Of a stretch of 64,000 nt of DNA, positions 37,030 to 50,300 are shown piece by piece. Source of the stretch: Nymphaea colorata (lineage: Eukaryota); the NCBI RefSeq assembly GCF_008831285.2, contig NC_045138.2, positions 7,626,001 to 7,690,000 of the forward strand, read 5' to 3'. Each line of letters starts with the position of its first letter. Position 1 is the stretch's first letter. The translations under genes and the position numbers were made by a program. Under the pieces are notes generated by a model. It ran no database searches. It saw only the letters and a list, made by a program, of their open reading frames with translations, and was not told the origin of the DNA.

Positions 37030-37183
37030 TAATAACAAAAAATATTTATTACTAATAATTAATCATTAGTAACAAATAACATTTTTGTTACTAATCGATT
37101 TAGCGTTAGAGCTTGTAACACATATTTTAAGAATATTTAGCAATGAAAACAATGTGTTACTAAAAATCTCCCTTGTTGTAGTG
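37030..37183. mobile_element. CACTA terminal remnant of a different family
   Basis: Ends ccttgttgtagtg (reverse complement CACTACAACAAGG) with ttacta/tagtaa subterminal repeats; partner end not found. Confidence 0.5.
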
Positions 37184-37215
37184 CCAATTTGCCATATTCT
37201 TGAAATATAATAGGT

Positions 37216-38127
37216 TGTTCCTCAAAAATCTTTATTTTGGTTTTTGGAGTGCTTAAAAAAAATATATATTTTCTTTGAAATGAGATAGAAAAGGACTCGC
37301 CCGTCAGTACGAGGATTGACCGTTCCCGGTGCATTTACCAAGGGTAACCAATTAAAGGGCTATGTTTATTCTTGATGCATTCCATTTTTACTTAAACATC
37401 TTTTCATTCTAAATGCAGTGTGGTATTTGAAAAAATATTGAAGATTTGATCTTTAAAATTTTTGAGAAAGTTTTGAATAATCTCAGTGTAAAACATTTTT
37501 ATTAGGGCAACTTTGAATTGAAAAATCTTTACAAATATCATTTAGAAATCTTTGAAGATAACTTTTTGAAGCTAATTTAATGTTCTCTTAAGAATTTAAG
37601 TAGACTTAAAATTTTACTTTAATTCGGTTACTACTTAGCTAGAGCTCTATCTCATCTTACTTAAGTTCTTTTATAAATGTGTTTGTGATCATTCGTGATT
37701 TTAAGTGAATATGGAGGTATGAATACATTGACCCTACATGATTAGAAGCAAATCACTCACTCTTACCATGACATTCATCTAAAAGCATTTTTACCATCAC
37801 ATACATCGCAGTTTTCTATTTTTATTTATATAATTGTCATAATTATTTGTATGAAAAGAGAAAAAAAATTAAATAGAATGAAATTGTAGACCGTCAAAAC
37901 ATGATTCCACTATTGGGTCATTATTTGAGTTTGGGTTTTGGTGAAGTAGGCAAATGAAAAGTTAAGAAAAGTTAAAACCTTAGTTCTTGGAAGAAAAATA
38001 TTCAAAAAAATGAAAAGGAGAAAAGATTTTAATATGAGAGGAATTGGGAGAAGAGAAAGAGGAAGAAATTTTGAAAATCACAAAATAAAAAATTTATAAA
38101 AAGGGGAGAGATACTTATTCTTTTATG

Positions 38128-38159
<32 letters not shown>

Positions 38160-40106
38160 TATGCATAAGCATATGAAAACTCATGAAAAGAAAGTATTAA
38201 CTCTAATGGGGAGTGAGAAGAAGATTTTAGAAAGAGAGAGAGAGAGAGAACAAGTGGAACATACATATATATTCATTTATATTTGTATGTATACAACAAC
38301 TTGCTAAATAATAAAGAGAATGACAAAAAGAGATAGTCATGTACATGTATACATATATATATATATAGGCTGGAAAGGAACTTGGACTCATGCAAGAGCC
38401 TAAACTAAGTTTCTAAGGCATCATCAGAGAGAGTTATTGCTTTTGAAAATCTTTTGGAAAAACATTATTCCAAATATTTTTTATATGTAAACATAAAATC
38501 ATAATTATTTCATTTATTTCAAGAAAATCTAATTTCTCCCACAATTGGGTATGAAAGAAAATCAAATACATAGGAAATGGAGAGTAATGTGATAAAACAC
38601 TCATTGGGATTCCTAATCATGATTAAGAGATAAACTAAACCTGAAAATATCATGAAGATGTATTTTCACATGTACATATTTGTGAACATATTTGTGAAGG
38701 GCTTTCTTGAGTTGGACAAATCTCAACCTCAAAATCAACATAATAATGAAGAAATCTTAACCTCAAATACTCATTCTTACTGTTCATTTACCCACTAATT
38801 AAGAAAGATTAATCTATCATGCATGAATGTTATTTCGAACATTGAGAATGAATCAAGCAATATAACAAGCATATTTCATAAATAAATGAAGAAATGGGAT
38901 TTATTTCACCTTGTTCATATTCTCGGTGCACTCAAGAGTAGCTCTCGACTCCAGATAGGAAGTCTTTAAAGCTCTCTTGCACGGCCAATAGGAGGTAGCA
39001 AGAGGAAATGAAAATATAAAAAAAAAACGAGAAGAGGAATTTTTTAAATGAGTCTTCTTCTTTAGATGATCCTAGGGTTGCATTGGATGAAAAGAAAACT
39101 CTAAATATTCAAGTGAGAAAGCAATAGAGATTCACAAGGATTAGCTCATGCCAAAAAGAAAAGATTGTGGGGTTATTTATGAGGAATTTTGAAGCCAAAA
39201 TTAAAAATTTGATTTTTTTAATTTATCAATATTTTCAGGTGAATTTCAAGTATTTTTGAATTATTTAAATTTTTTAAATAGGTTTTGACCAAGTGAGATT
39301 GTCCCTTAGATCTATAAATACTTCTTTGGGGTGTGGACATGGCTAATGCCCACCCAACAAGAGTAAAACCGCCCGTTGGGGGGCCAAGGGGCGGTTTTTT
39401 GCTAGAAAGAGGGCCTGCACAACTGCGCACTTGTCGCACATAGTTGCGCCATACGCGCGGTCAGAGCGCATCATCGCTCGCAAGTCGGGCGTCACTCGCG
39501 TCGTGAGACACGTGCCAGCACCCTAATGAGAGGGGGGGGCGAGATGGCTCCCTTATTGTCTCATTTGGACCAATAAGGGGCAGATTTCGCCTCCTTGGCT
39601 TCCAAGGGGTCGGTTCATAAAATAAAATAAAATAAAATAAAGTAAAAAAGCACAAAAAACCATATTTTTAAATGTGTATTTGAAAGGGGTAAAAACTGTT
39701 TTTGTTACAAATGGGGCAAACTGTTTTTGAGTGATTTTGGGCTCATGTTAAATCTGAATTGGGTTTGATAGTCACCGACACATTCTAGCATGTGATTTAA
39801 GCTCAAAAACACATCTTGGCGTGAGAACGAAACATAAAACAAATGGAGGGCCCATGCATGCGGGCCTGGCAATACCATCAAATTTTGTTGTTTTGATCTC
39901 AGCTTTGGATTTTGAGTTTGAAATTCTTGATTTGGATCTAGACTTGGATTTTGGATCTAATTTACTTCGAGCGTTGGATTTTGGATTTGAATCTTACGTC
40001 TAAAGTTGGATTTATTGTCTAAAAATTAAATTCAAATGAAATGACTGAGAATTTCGTTTGGGTGCAAATGAAATATGTATTTTTTAAAAAATTTGGAGTG
40101 ATGACA
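37216..40106 (-). mobile_element. second, older LTR of the same family as 21158-23896
   Basis: Colinear similarity (ggactcgcccgtc..tacgaggat; tcatgcaagagcctaa; end aatttggagtgatgaca). Flanks TAGGT/GTGCC do not form a TSD. Left boundary approximate. Confidence 0.8.
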
Positions 40107-40938
40107 GTGCCTTAAAGTTGACGGAGGTTATGGGTATGAACCCCAAAGAGCATCCGTAGATAGTCTGATAGAGTTCTGTCTAATTGCAGCTTGTTGCTTA
40201 ATCCAAAAATTGGCTTAAGTAGGGTCTACTCAATCAAACGACAACACTAAATAATTAATAAAAAAAGGGATATAATTTTCAATTTCAAGATCCAAATTTA
40301 TATTAATGTAGCATTCACATTGCTAATTCATTAAATTAATTTTTAATTACAACCATAGTCACAAAGAACTCTTTTTTTTTTTTGAAAAAACACGCGTTAA
40401 AACATGAAAAATAAGTTAGACAGAAAACAGCAAAACCGTGTTCTGGAAAAAATCGCCAAATTTAAAAAAACACGCCTTTTCTCATTTTTCTAGTGCTTTT
40501 TTCATTTTAGAGGCTTTTTCACGTTTTTAATGTTAGACTGCTGGTTTCTACTTTCTAATTTTTATTTATTGCTTATCTACTTATTTTCTTATGTTGCCTT
40601 ATTAGTTTCTCACTTATGTTATTTGATTCTAATTTTTAGGATTTTTTTAAATGTTTAGAAATTTACCGTATAATTTTTTATTTTCTTATTTTCTTTTTCA
40701 AGCTCACTATATTATACCGGTGAAAAGACCTTTCCTTAGAACATGAAAACTACATTTGTGACTATATTGAAAACTATATTTGTGACTATAATTACAACCA
40801 AACCTTATCAACCTCATCATTGATTTATTGTAGCACCTATTCAAGCAAACATACAAAACCAGCAGCAGAAAATACTGCAAGTAAACATACACACTTGGGT
40901 TAAAACTAGCCAGTACTGAATTCTCTCTCTCTCTTTTT

Positions 40939-41370
40939 CTAATCAAACGCGGCCTCAAAAGACCGCAGGATGTTCGTCCCGTTCTTATACAGGTCAAAAG
41001 TAACAACGCCCTCGTAAACCTTGTAAAAATTGGTGGCGTTTTTGGCCTCCATCAAAAACTGGCGACTCGTATTTCCGAGTATCACAGAGACCCATTCCTG
41101 CCCCTGCAGCACACTCTCAAACACCAAACCGGCGACGTTGGACTCGAGGACAGCAAACTTGGCCTCGTCGATGAACACAAGGGACGTCCTCGCATCAAGG
41201 ACATCCTGCCGGAACCCTGGAAGAGGCGGCACGTAGGAAGAAGCTGTGGCGGAGCATGAGATGGTCGCAAGGAAGAGGAGGACCAGGAAAGAAGCTGGGT
41301 GCAGCAAATTAAAGAATTTTGAAAAGCAAAAACCGTACACATTAGACAAGAAAACAGCCTTTTCGGTCAT
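40939..41370 (-). CDS. cystatin-fold-like protein, divergent copy 3 (start uncertain)
   Basis: Uninterrupted ORF, about 55-60% identical to copy 1 in the mature region by manual count, with 3' UTR similarity to copy 1. The codon matching copy 1's Met3 (MHPA) is CTG; the nearest in-frame ATG is at 41370. Confidence 0.72.
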   Translation of the reverse strand: MTEKAVFLSNVYGFCFSKFFNLLHPASFLVLLFLATISCSATASSYVPPLPGFRQDVLDARTSLVFIDEAKFAVLESNVAGLVFESVLQGQEWVSVILGNTSRQFLMEAKNATNFYKVYEGVVTFDLYKNGTNILRSFEAAFD

Positions 41371-41835
41371 TTAAAGATGATTGAAACCATAAAAAATTAG
41401 CATGATTCTAGGCCCTAATACGATGAACTTTTCAAGTGGTTAATCTCAAATTATTGAAGAGCACTATATTCATGCCAACAAACTTTTTTTACATCGGGTC
41501 GCTTTATCAATCGAAAACTTATTATAATACCAATAATAAACACGTTATCTTATAATAAAAATTATATTGTTAGTATTCCCACCACATCCATACTACCATA
41601 TCTGTGTTCAGCAACTATAGATGTCTTGGAAACGATTAGGCAAGTTCAGATCTGGAGAAAATGAGTGAGCATTGAATGCAGTAGCAAACACAAGGTTAGC
41701 AGGAATACCTTGAATTGCACATTGTTCGTTTAGTCTAATCTTGAGGAGTCCCACCAACACCATTTTGAAAACCTCTAACAGCAACTTGAGTTTATGTCAA
41801 AAAGCTTACTTCAAGTTCAATAACTAACTTGCCTC

Positions 41836-42043
41836 GAGGGGCATAGGGTAGCTGGTTGGGCTGATGGGTTAATAAGAGCATGATCATCAGTTCGATTCTT
41901 AGGCACTACTCCTTTAGACTGCAAACAATGGTAATGTGACACTCTAGTTGACGGGTGTATCACGGGTCTACCTAGGTCCCATAGCAGTCATAGACCCAGG
42001 GGAAAGAAGGGGGGAGCTTTGGCCCTTCTTCGGACAGCTTTTA
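41836..42043 (+). mobile_element. candidate tRNA-derived SINE
   Basis: A-box-like TAGGGTAGCTGG (41844-55) and B-box-like AGTTCGATTCT (41889-99) 33 bp apart, in a GC-richer block of about 200 bp. No clear tail or TSD. Confidence 0.4.
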
Positions 42044-45000
42044 TGTTAGAGATTGTATTTTATTTCCCACCCATTGATTTATTGAACGTTGGAGATCTTG
42101 TTCCTCTTTGAAAGCTTACATGCTGACGTAAAGACATTTTTTTGATGGAGTGCATTGCCTTGTAAAGAGCTTATGCTCTGTGTGTTCCTCAATGGGACTG
42201 CAACCTTTTATTATGAGTAACTTTTGTGCATACTACTAAAGAAAAATCACACGAGGCATGGAGTTGTCTCTCATGGATGTAGGTCTGGATGACCAAACCA
42301 CTTAAAATCTTGTCTTGCCCCAAATCCATAGTCTAAAGAAAGAGGCTCTTTGCATTGCTGATTATGGTAAAATGAAATGCCTATAGGATGAATATGACAT
42401 ATCTACCATGGCTTACCCGGATAATGCCCCATCAAGAAGGTTTAGAGAACATGAGGAAGCCTTTCAACTTCTTGCTAGTCTTGAAAATGACTTTGAACAT
42501 ATTCGAAGTCAAATCCTTTTCTCGCTAGAATTACCCTCAGTTAACATATCTTGTCTATGCTTATGAGAGAAGAATCCCGTAGACTTGTCATCAACTCATA
42601 TTAACACAGGCCTCTAGTTCAATCGGGTGAAGGTTCAGAGAAGGCAGCCTATACTACCAACACCACTGCCTTTGCTGCCACCATGGGGAAAAAGGGCAGT
42701 CACAGCTTCGTTGGAAATAAATCAAAAAAACCAAAATCATAGCAAGTTCACCTATACCTATTTCAAGAAGGACAGACATACCCATGAGAGGTGCTGAACA
42801 TTGCATGGGAAGCCAGGCCCATCTCAATTTCATCAATCAAATGGGCCAACTGCAATAGAAAAAGTCACTGCTACAAAAAATATTAACGCTGCTCAGCTGA
42901 AAAATATTACAGAACTTCTACAAAATGTTTGCAAACAAAATGAAACAACTGCTATGGTTGCTTCAGTTGCTAGTCCAAATACTTCGTGTGTGGTTCTACT
43001 CACTATGATTGATTATTGATTCTAGAGCAAGCAAACATGTGTACTTCAATTATAGATCAATCAAATATTAAATGTGTGCATGGAAATAACTACGTGATTA
43101 TTGCAAATGGATCAAAGGTAAAAGTAGAAGGTATCAACAATATTCATCTTCTTGATCGTGAGAAAAATATTAATGTTTTAGTTGTTCCTGATCTATCTAT
43201 GAACTTGTTATCAATTTCTAAGCTCACTAATTATTTGAATTGTGATATTATATTTTCACCCTATGATGTGGTGTTTCAGGACAGATTGTCAAAGAAGATA
43301 ATTGGTAAGGAAAGATTAGATAAAGGATTGTAAGTGCTGGAACAAGAAAATAAAACCAGGTTTGCTAGACTTGAATGCTCTATGTGGCAACAAAGATTAG
43401 GCCACCTTTCTAGCTACAAAATAAATAGTGTATTTTTTGTATATTATTATAATTGTCAATCATGTGATGTGTGTCGCTATGCTAAGATGAGTAGACCTCC
43501 TTTTTCAAAATTTGATACTAATGCTGAAAACACATTTGATTTGGTTCATTTTGTTGTGTGGGGTCCAGCCCTTTAGTTTCATATTTTAGTTTTCAATTTT
43601 ATGTACATTTATAGATCAAATTTCAAAGATTACTTAGATTTATTTGCTCAAGTCTAAAGATGAAGTTTTTGATAAATTTCAAATGTTTTATAATATAGTG
43701 AAAAAATCAGTACGAGAAACAAATTAAAGTCTTAATGACTGATAATGGTACTGAATATAAAAATGTTAAATTTGATATGTTTGAAAAACAGTGTGGCATT
43801 GATCACCAATTCACTTATTTGGGCACTCCTCAACAAAACAGAGTTTCAAAAATAAAAAATCGTCATCTTCTTGAAGTTACTCATAGTTTGTTATTCCAAA
43901 TGAATGTTCCTAAGATTTATTAGAGTGATGTCGTCATGAATGCATGTTATATTATTAATTGATTTCCTAGTAAAAATCTTTAGGATCATGCTCCCCTTGA
44001 TATTATAAAGGAACATAAGGTCAATTTAAATCACATGTGAACCTTTGGATATGTTGTTTTTGTAGCTATGTAGTGGAAAACGTAAACAAACTTAGTAGTT
44101 GTGCTCTCAAATGTACCTTTTTTAGGGTACTTTGTTTCTCAAGAAGGATGTTGATGCTATAATATAGAAAAAAAGTAGTTCTTTGTATCAAGGCATGTTG
44201 TGTTTGCTGAAACCACACCTTATTTTGATCTTCCAATCCAGAAAATCATGTTCCTGAGGGAGAGTTTTCCTCTCACATCTAACATTCTTTGTGAGATTTG
44301 CTTTTCAGGGGAGAGTGTGTTGTCGGCTACTAATCCTTACAATGAGTTTACAATCATTACCAAGAAGCCAAGAGAGACTCGATGTGAATAAAGGCCATGG
44401 ATGAAGAAATTAGTGTTTTGCATAAAAACAAATTTAAAATATTGTCACACTATGTCCTTAAAAAAAAGTTAGTTGGTTGTTGCTAGGTGTTCAAAATAAA
44501 ACACAAAAGTAATGAGAGTATTGAAAAATATAAGGCCAAACTTGTGGCAAAGCGATATACACATACACAAGACAGCTTATGAGGTGATGTTTGTGTCTGT
44601 AATGAAATTAAATACCATTAGGGTGATGTTATATGTTGCACGCAATTATAATTTATGATTGTATCAATTGGATGTTAAAAATGCATTTCTGCAGATCGAC
44701 TTGAAAAAATAGGTGTATATAAATATTCCTCCTAAACATCTTCAAGAAGCTAACAAAAAATTGGTGTGTAGGCTTCACATGGCAACCTATGGTTTGAAAC
44801 AATCTCTGAGGGCATAGCATTACCGGTTGAGTAATTTTTTAGAACAGCATGACTTCACAAGAAGCAATGCTGACAACTCTTTATTTGTTAAATGGAAGGA
44901 TGACAATCTGGTTATCATGTTAGTATATGTGTACGACATTATCCTGACATGGACTGATGAAGAAGGGGCCCTAAAAACTAAAAAGTTGCTTCACAATGCT

Positions 45001-45570
45001 TTTGACATAAAGGATCTAGGAAAATTTTGTTATTTTTTTAGCATTGAAATTGCTCAATCAAGCAAAGGACTTTTGCTTTCTCAACAAAGATATACCTTAG
45101 TTTGCTTAAAAATGCAGGAAAAATTGGGTGCAAGCCAGTAGAGACACCAATTGAAGTTAGATAAAAAATTGAAGTTGTTTGAAATGACCATGTCTGCAAC
45201 AAGAACAGCTACCAACGGCTACTAGGGAAGCTTATATATTTTATCATTACTAGACCAGACATAACCTATGTAGCTATTATAGCTAGCTAGTGTATGCATC
45301 TGCCTATAGAACATCATTCACAAATTGTCAATCACATTTTGCAATACTTAAAAAGAACTCTGGGACAAGGCATATGGTACAAAAGAAATAGTTATCATCA
45401 AATTCATGGATTCGATGGAGATTGGGCAGACAGTTCAGATTGAAAATTTACAACTAGTTATTGTGCATTTGTTGGAGGAAATATTGTGTCTTGGAAAAGT
45501 AAGAAACAGAATGTGGTGTCTAGATCTAGAGTTGAAGCATAATATCAAGCTATGGTTACAGGAGTTTAGT
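42044..45570 (+). mobile_element. heavily decayed Ty1/Copia retrotransposon
   Basis: LTR-like start (TGTTAGAG..gatgtaggt..accaaaccac), gag (FQLLASLENDFEHIRSQIL), IANG, WQQRLGH..CDVC, TDNGTEY, GTPQQN, QLDVKNAFL, LVYVYD, KDLG and SWKSKKQNVVSRS, with many stops and deletions. No 3' LTR seen. Confidence 0.9.
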
Positions 45571-46804
45571 TTAGTGGAGTAGTGCCACAGCAGTTAACAT
45601 GTGTGGTGTAGCAATTATAGGATGCAAAAAGCAGCTAAAGTTCTCAAATTTAAAATTGTTGCTATATGTTGTTTGTCTTTTTATTTATGCCATTTTGTAT
45701 TTTCATTCATTTAACCAGTTGTAACTGACTGATTCCGTGACCACCATTTTTTTACGATGTTGCACTAACTTTTAGGATGGGCCGCTAAAAAAATAGAATC
45801 TGGGCCGTTTGCAGAACTCACTTTCCTAATATGCTATCAAACGCCATCCGTGGAACAAAGTTAAATATAATGATCAAACCCCACTTCTTTTCACCGTCAT
45901 TTTTCAAAATTTGTGTATATTATGCATAAAATGTAAGTATTTCATAAGTTATAATATTTAAAAAATGCAATGATAAAATAAATTACAACATGGAAAAGCA
46001 TAGTCATAGAATAAATTATACGTATATAATAGCAAAGAATGAGCATATCCTACAAATTTGTATTTTTAATTTATCAAACTGAAAGTGGAGACTGATTGAC
46101 AAAAGGAAGGGTGAGAGAAACTTGGAAAGTTTAGTACATTATATCGTTAGTTGAAGCTTAGACCTTGCTTTTTTCCCAAGGGTTTAGGGCTGCTTCGAGT
46201 TGTAAATGATCCTGCAACTTGCAACTCGAACGCCCTTTAACTCCAATGTTCGGCTTTGAACTAGACATGTGCTGCTTATGCGCCACCATGCCTGCCCCAA
46301 TTGCACTACGTCTAGGACAGGTTAAACGTTTGAAAAAAAAAAAAGAACAGGTTTGAATGAAAAAGATTTTAAACTGACGTGTTCTGTCTGCCATTTTATA
46401 AGTAGATCAGATTAAAAGCATTTAAAATTTCCTACACCAAATCTTTTTTTATTTATCAATAATCGGTTTTCCTAGATTCCATTTGTATGAAACTTATGGA
46501 AGTTGTTCCAATATTGATTTAATTTGAATAGTTATACGTGCATTAATGGCTATTTAGTAACCTACGTTTTATTATATTTTTCTTAAATGCGTGAAAAATC
46601 AAACTCACCTGCCAATTAAAAATTTTGAAATGGATGTTTTAACTGATTTTTTGTATAAAAATGCTAGCATAATATATCAAATTAACTAACAATGGCAACA
46701 TGCAACCTATAGGAAAACTGAGCCCTAGGCAGCACATGTTCAACCCCCATTTATACACGAATAAATATTTGGTAAGTGATTACAAGAATAGCTTAAAGTA
46801 CAAG

Positions 46805-47273
46805 TAGTTATTACTTTAGCTCGACCCGTTTATTAAACAAGTCGAGTTCGAGTTAAGAAATGAGCTCGACAACATAAATGAGTCGAGCTCAAATTGAGCA
46901 GGCTCGACATAGTTAAACTCGGTTAAGCTCTTAAAAGAAAATATAGAGAATATGTCCCATAAAGTTATCAAAAAAAGAGGTTACACAAATGGATATGCAT
47001 GTGAGGTATGTGAGAGGTTCCATGATCAAATATGCATGTCGGCTCTTTCTTTAAATAATAAATTTTTTACAAAATGCTTGCTCTGCTCAATCCAATCTTC
47101 GGCTCGAGCTTAAACGATCTGAATCGAACCGACTTTGAGTTTTAAGAACTCAAGCCGAGTCGAGCTCGAGCTAATGAAATCGAACTTGACTTGAGCTCTT
47201 GCTGAGTTCGAGTTTCTTTCAAAACACTCAAGCTGAGTTCAAACTGGCTCAGCTCGGCTCTTGAACATCCCTA
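46805..47273. mobile_element. hAT-type MITE (GAGCTCG-rich)
   Basis: Right TIR ...ggctcttgaacatcccta with a degenerate left end; 8-bp TSD AGTACAAG/TGTACAAG. Related to segment B of the arrays. Confidence 0.75.
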
Positions 47274-47349
47274 TGTACAAGTGACGATGAAAAAGATAGC
47301 TAAAAGTAGCAGCATTGTAAGAAACTCATGAACCGAACAGGCAGCCTGC

Positions 47350-50300
47350 AATCTCTCTCGTCCGCAATTTCGAATGGAGCCATTGCTTCTTTTGACAAGG
47401 CACTTGTTTTTCACATTGCGAGAGTGAGGAGGGGGAGCGCCGAGGTGAGCGAGATTGAGGAGGAGGAGGAGCGCGGAGGTAGGGGAGGCTCCGTAGGGGC
47501 CTTCCCCCGGCGATGGGCTTCCAGAGATGAAGCAGGAGGTGGTGCCTGCGATGATCGGCGTTGCACCAATGGATGAGGAGCCTCTGCTGATTGGGGAACC
47601 AAGTTGCATTCAAGGTTAGTCTTCTCTTTCTCCCCTTTTACCAGTTAACGATATGGATGATTTTGTGCCTCCTCTGCTTCTCTCCTCTGGGAATGGGGAA
47701 TCTGAGGGGTAGATGCATGGAGAAGAAGTGGTCTCTGCAGTTGGAAATAGGAAATCCCTTCTAGGGAATGCTTGCCGTGTAGAGGGAAACGCTTGCCAGG
47801 GTGCGGCAGTGGGTGATCCAAAAAGCAATTTGGGGGTGTGGGCACTAGAGGGCTTCCTCGGCCTCAAACTTGGGCGGACCATGCTGCAGGTTGCGGCCCT
47901 GACCGGGAAGAGGATCTACCTCCCTTAAAAGTTATTCTCGGCAAGGGTCGGCCAAGAATAGTGGTGACTGAGGAAGGCCTCCAAAACATGATGAAACCCT
48001 TCAAATGGTCGGCAGTCTGTTGTTTCATGGGTTCAACCTCAAAAGTCAGTGGAAACATCTCTAAGCTCATTACTGGCCTGCTTACGCAATGGATGGGGAG
48101 AATATCTCCTCACATCTCCCTTCTCAATAAAGGGGACTTTCTTATTCGAGTGGCAAGCGGAGAGGAACTTAACCTCGTATTGAAAAAACGCACTTGGAAA
48201 GTGAGCAGTAGGGTTCTGATGGCTGCCAGTTGGAGCCCTGGCCAACCGCTTGAGATTAATCCAAGAACTACCACTCCTTTGTGGGTGAGGCTGTCAGGTC
48301 TTCCACCATATTTTTGGAACTAGCGAATCTTCAAAGCAGTGGCAATGGGACTGCAAGGTGACTTCCTAGAGGCAGACACTCCCAAAGATCAAATGTCCCG
48401 CACTAATTTCGCCCACATACTATTGGATCTCCCCATCCAATCTGAACTCCCGCCAGAGGTGGAGATTGACCTGGGAGGTGGCCACATCCTCGCACAAGCA
48501 ACAGTTTATGAAGATCGCCTCCGCTTCTGCCAAATGTGTGGTGTGAATTCCCATCCACCGAAGGATTTCCCTAAAATTCTTAACTCAAAAGTGAAAGATG
48601 ACTTTAGAACTCTGGAGGCTGGACACAAGGTCACTAGAATTTCTCTCAACAGAGGAAACGGGCTTTCAAGCGGGTCACGACTGGAGCACTTTACTGAAGC
48701 TAACAGGTTTGAAGTGTTATCTGAAACAGAAGAGGATTATGGCCCTCACGACAAAACCAAGGAGGGGCCAGAGAAGTTGCATCAAAAGACATAGCAGAAA
48801 GGTCATGCCCCTCTTTGTGCGCCCAAAGGAAAAGGGGCAAAAGCAAATCGCGTAATCCAGAGAAGGGTCAAAACAATAGTCATACATCCACTGAGTGCCT
48901 CCCTAATTCGTTTGTCTCCAAGCCTCCAGATGGGCAGGAGTCTTCTTGTGATGTCCCTCGAGGGTTTTCCTTTTCTTCACCTAGTCATCTGGGGCAAGAT
49001 GGAGTTGTCAGTTCTTCCAGTCAAAAAGGCGCAATAGAGGATCCTCGCCATGAGAAATCAGATTAAGTCGCGGGTCTAAACATACATGTAGGGGGAGGGG
49101 AAGCAAGGGAAGCAGAGGTCAGAAAATCATAAAGGACATATCAAACTTTAATCTTCTCCTGCATGATGACCTTGAAGGAGTGGGCAACAAACGTAAAAGA
49201 ACTTTCTATGACTCCTCTCCGGATTTTGTCCTTAACCCCCAGGTTCAGCCCTATGGGGGAGTCCAAGGAGGGTGAGATGCCCATATCAGATTCTCTTTCA
49301 TGAATTTCATGTCAAGGAATGTAAGAGGGTTGGTTAGACGGGAGACTAACCTTGAACTCTTGTCTCTTCTTCAAGCTTTCTCCCTGGATGGTTTTGCTTA
49401 ATTGACACAATGCTCTCTATAAACAAGTGCCAACAATGGCAGCTTATTATGAAGAATTATGGTATGGTTTCTAATACTCATTTGTCCTCTGGGGTTACCT
49501 GTATCCTCTGTGTGTGGGATTCAGCAAGGCTTAAAGTTCAAGTTGTGGTGATACATCATTGTTGGATTATCTTAAGATGTTCTAGGCGAGGCTCCCAGGA
49601 GATTTTCTATGTGGGAGGAATTTATCTTCCCACAAACCCATATGCTGGGCAGGTGGAATTCCAGAAACTTCACTCTCTCCTTCAACATCTTGAGGAACCA
49701 GCTTTGTTGATGGGTGATTTTAATTGCATGTTGGGCCCACAAGGCAAAACTGGCAATAGTCCCTCCCTTTTTTCCTGCAACAATTTTGCCTCCTTCGTGG
49801 CGAGCAATAGCTTTAGACCTCTGATAGATCCTAAAAGGACCTTCACTTGGACTAATAACAGCAGAAACATAGAAACTATCTTTTGCAAGTTGGATTGATG
49901 TCTGTTGAACTTGGCATGGCGTCAGAAATGGTCAGAGAGAAATCAATTGAAAGTGGTGATTCGATCTTCTTCTGATTGTTCACCACGTGTCTTCTCATCA
50001 TCCTTCTCTGAAATTGGTCACACTCGCCCTAGACTTTTCAAGTTCTTTAGTAGCTGGACTCAGCTACCTGAGAGCCACAGGATAGTGGCTGAGCCTTGGT
50101 CTCGTCGTGATCCAGGCTGCCCCCTAATTAGGGTTTTCTCGAAGCTTGAAAGAGTAAGGAAAGACTTATCTAGATGGTACAAACACAAGGTTGGGGATGT
50201 GGCTCTACGCATCAACAGCCTAAAGCGAGGATGCCCAAATCAGGTGTGAAGCGGGAGATAGTTCCACGACTCCTATGGAAATGTTGCCTAGGCAAGAGTT

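Noticed and set aside
37181..40111. GTGCC at 37181 and 40107 as the TSD of the second LTR
   Set aside because: The left GTGCC overlaps a CACTA terminus, is not followed by TG, and lies about 30 bp from the start of LTR homology.
41840..41910. tRNA gene
   Set aside because: A/B-box-like motifs are present, but no acceptor stem or cloverleaf can be drawn.
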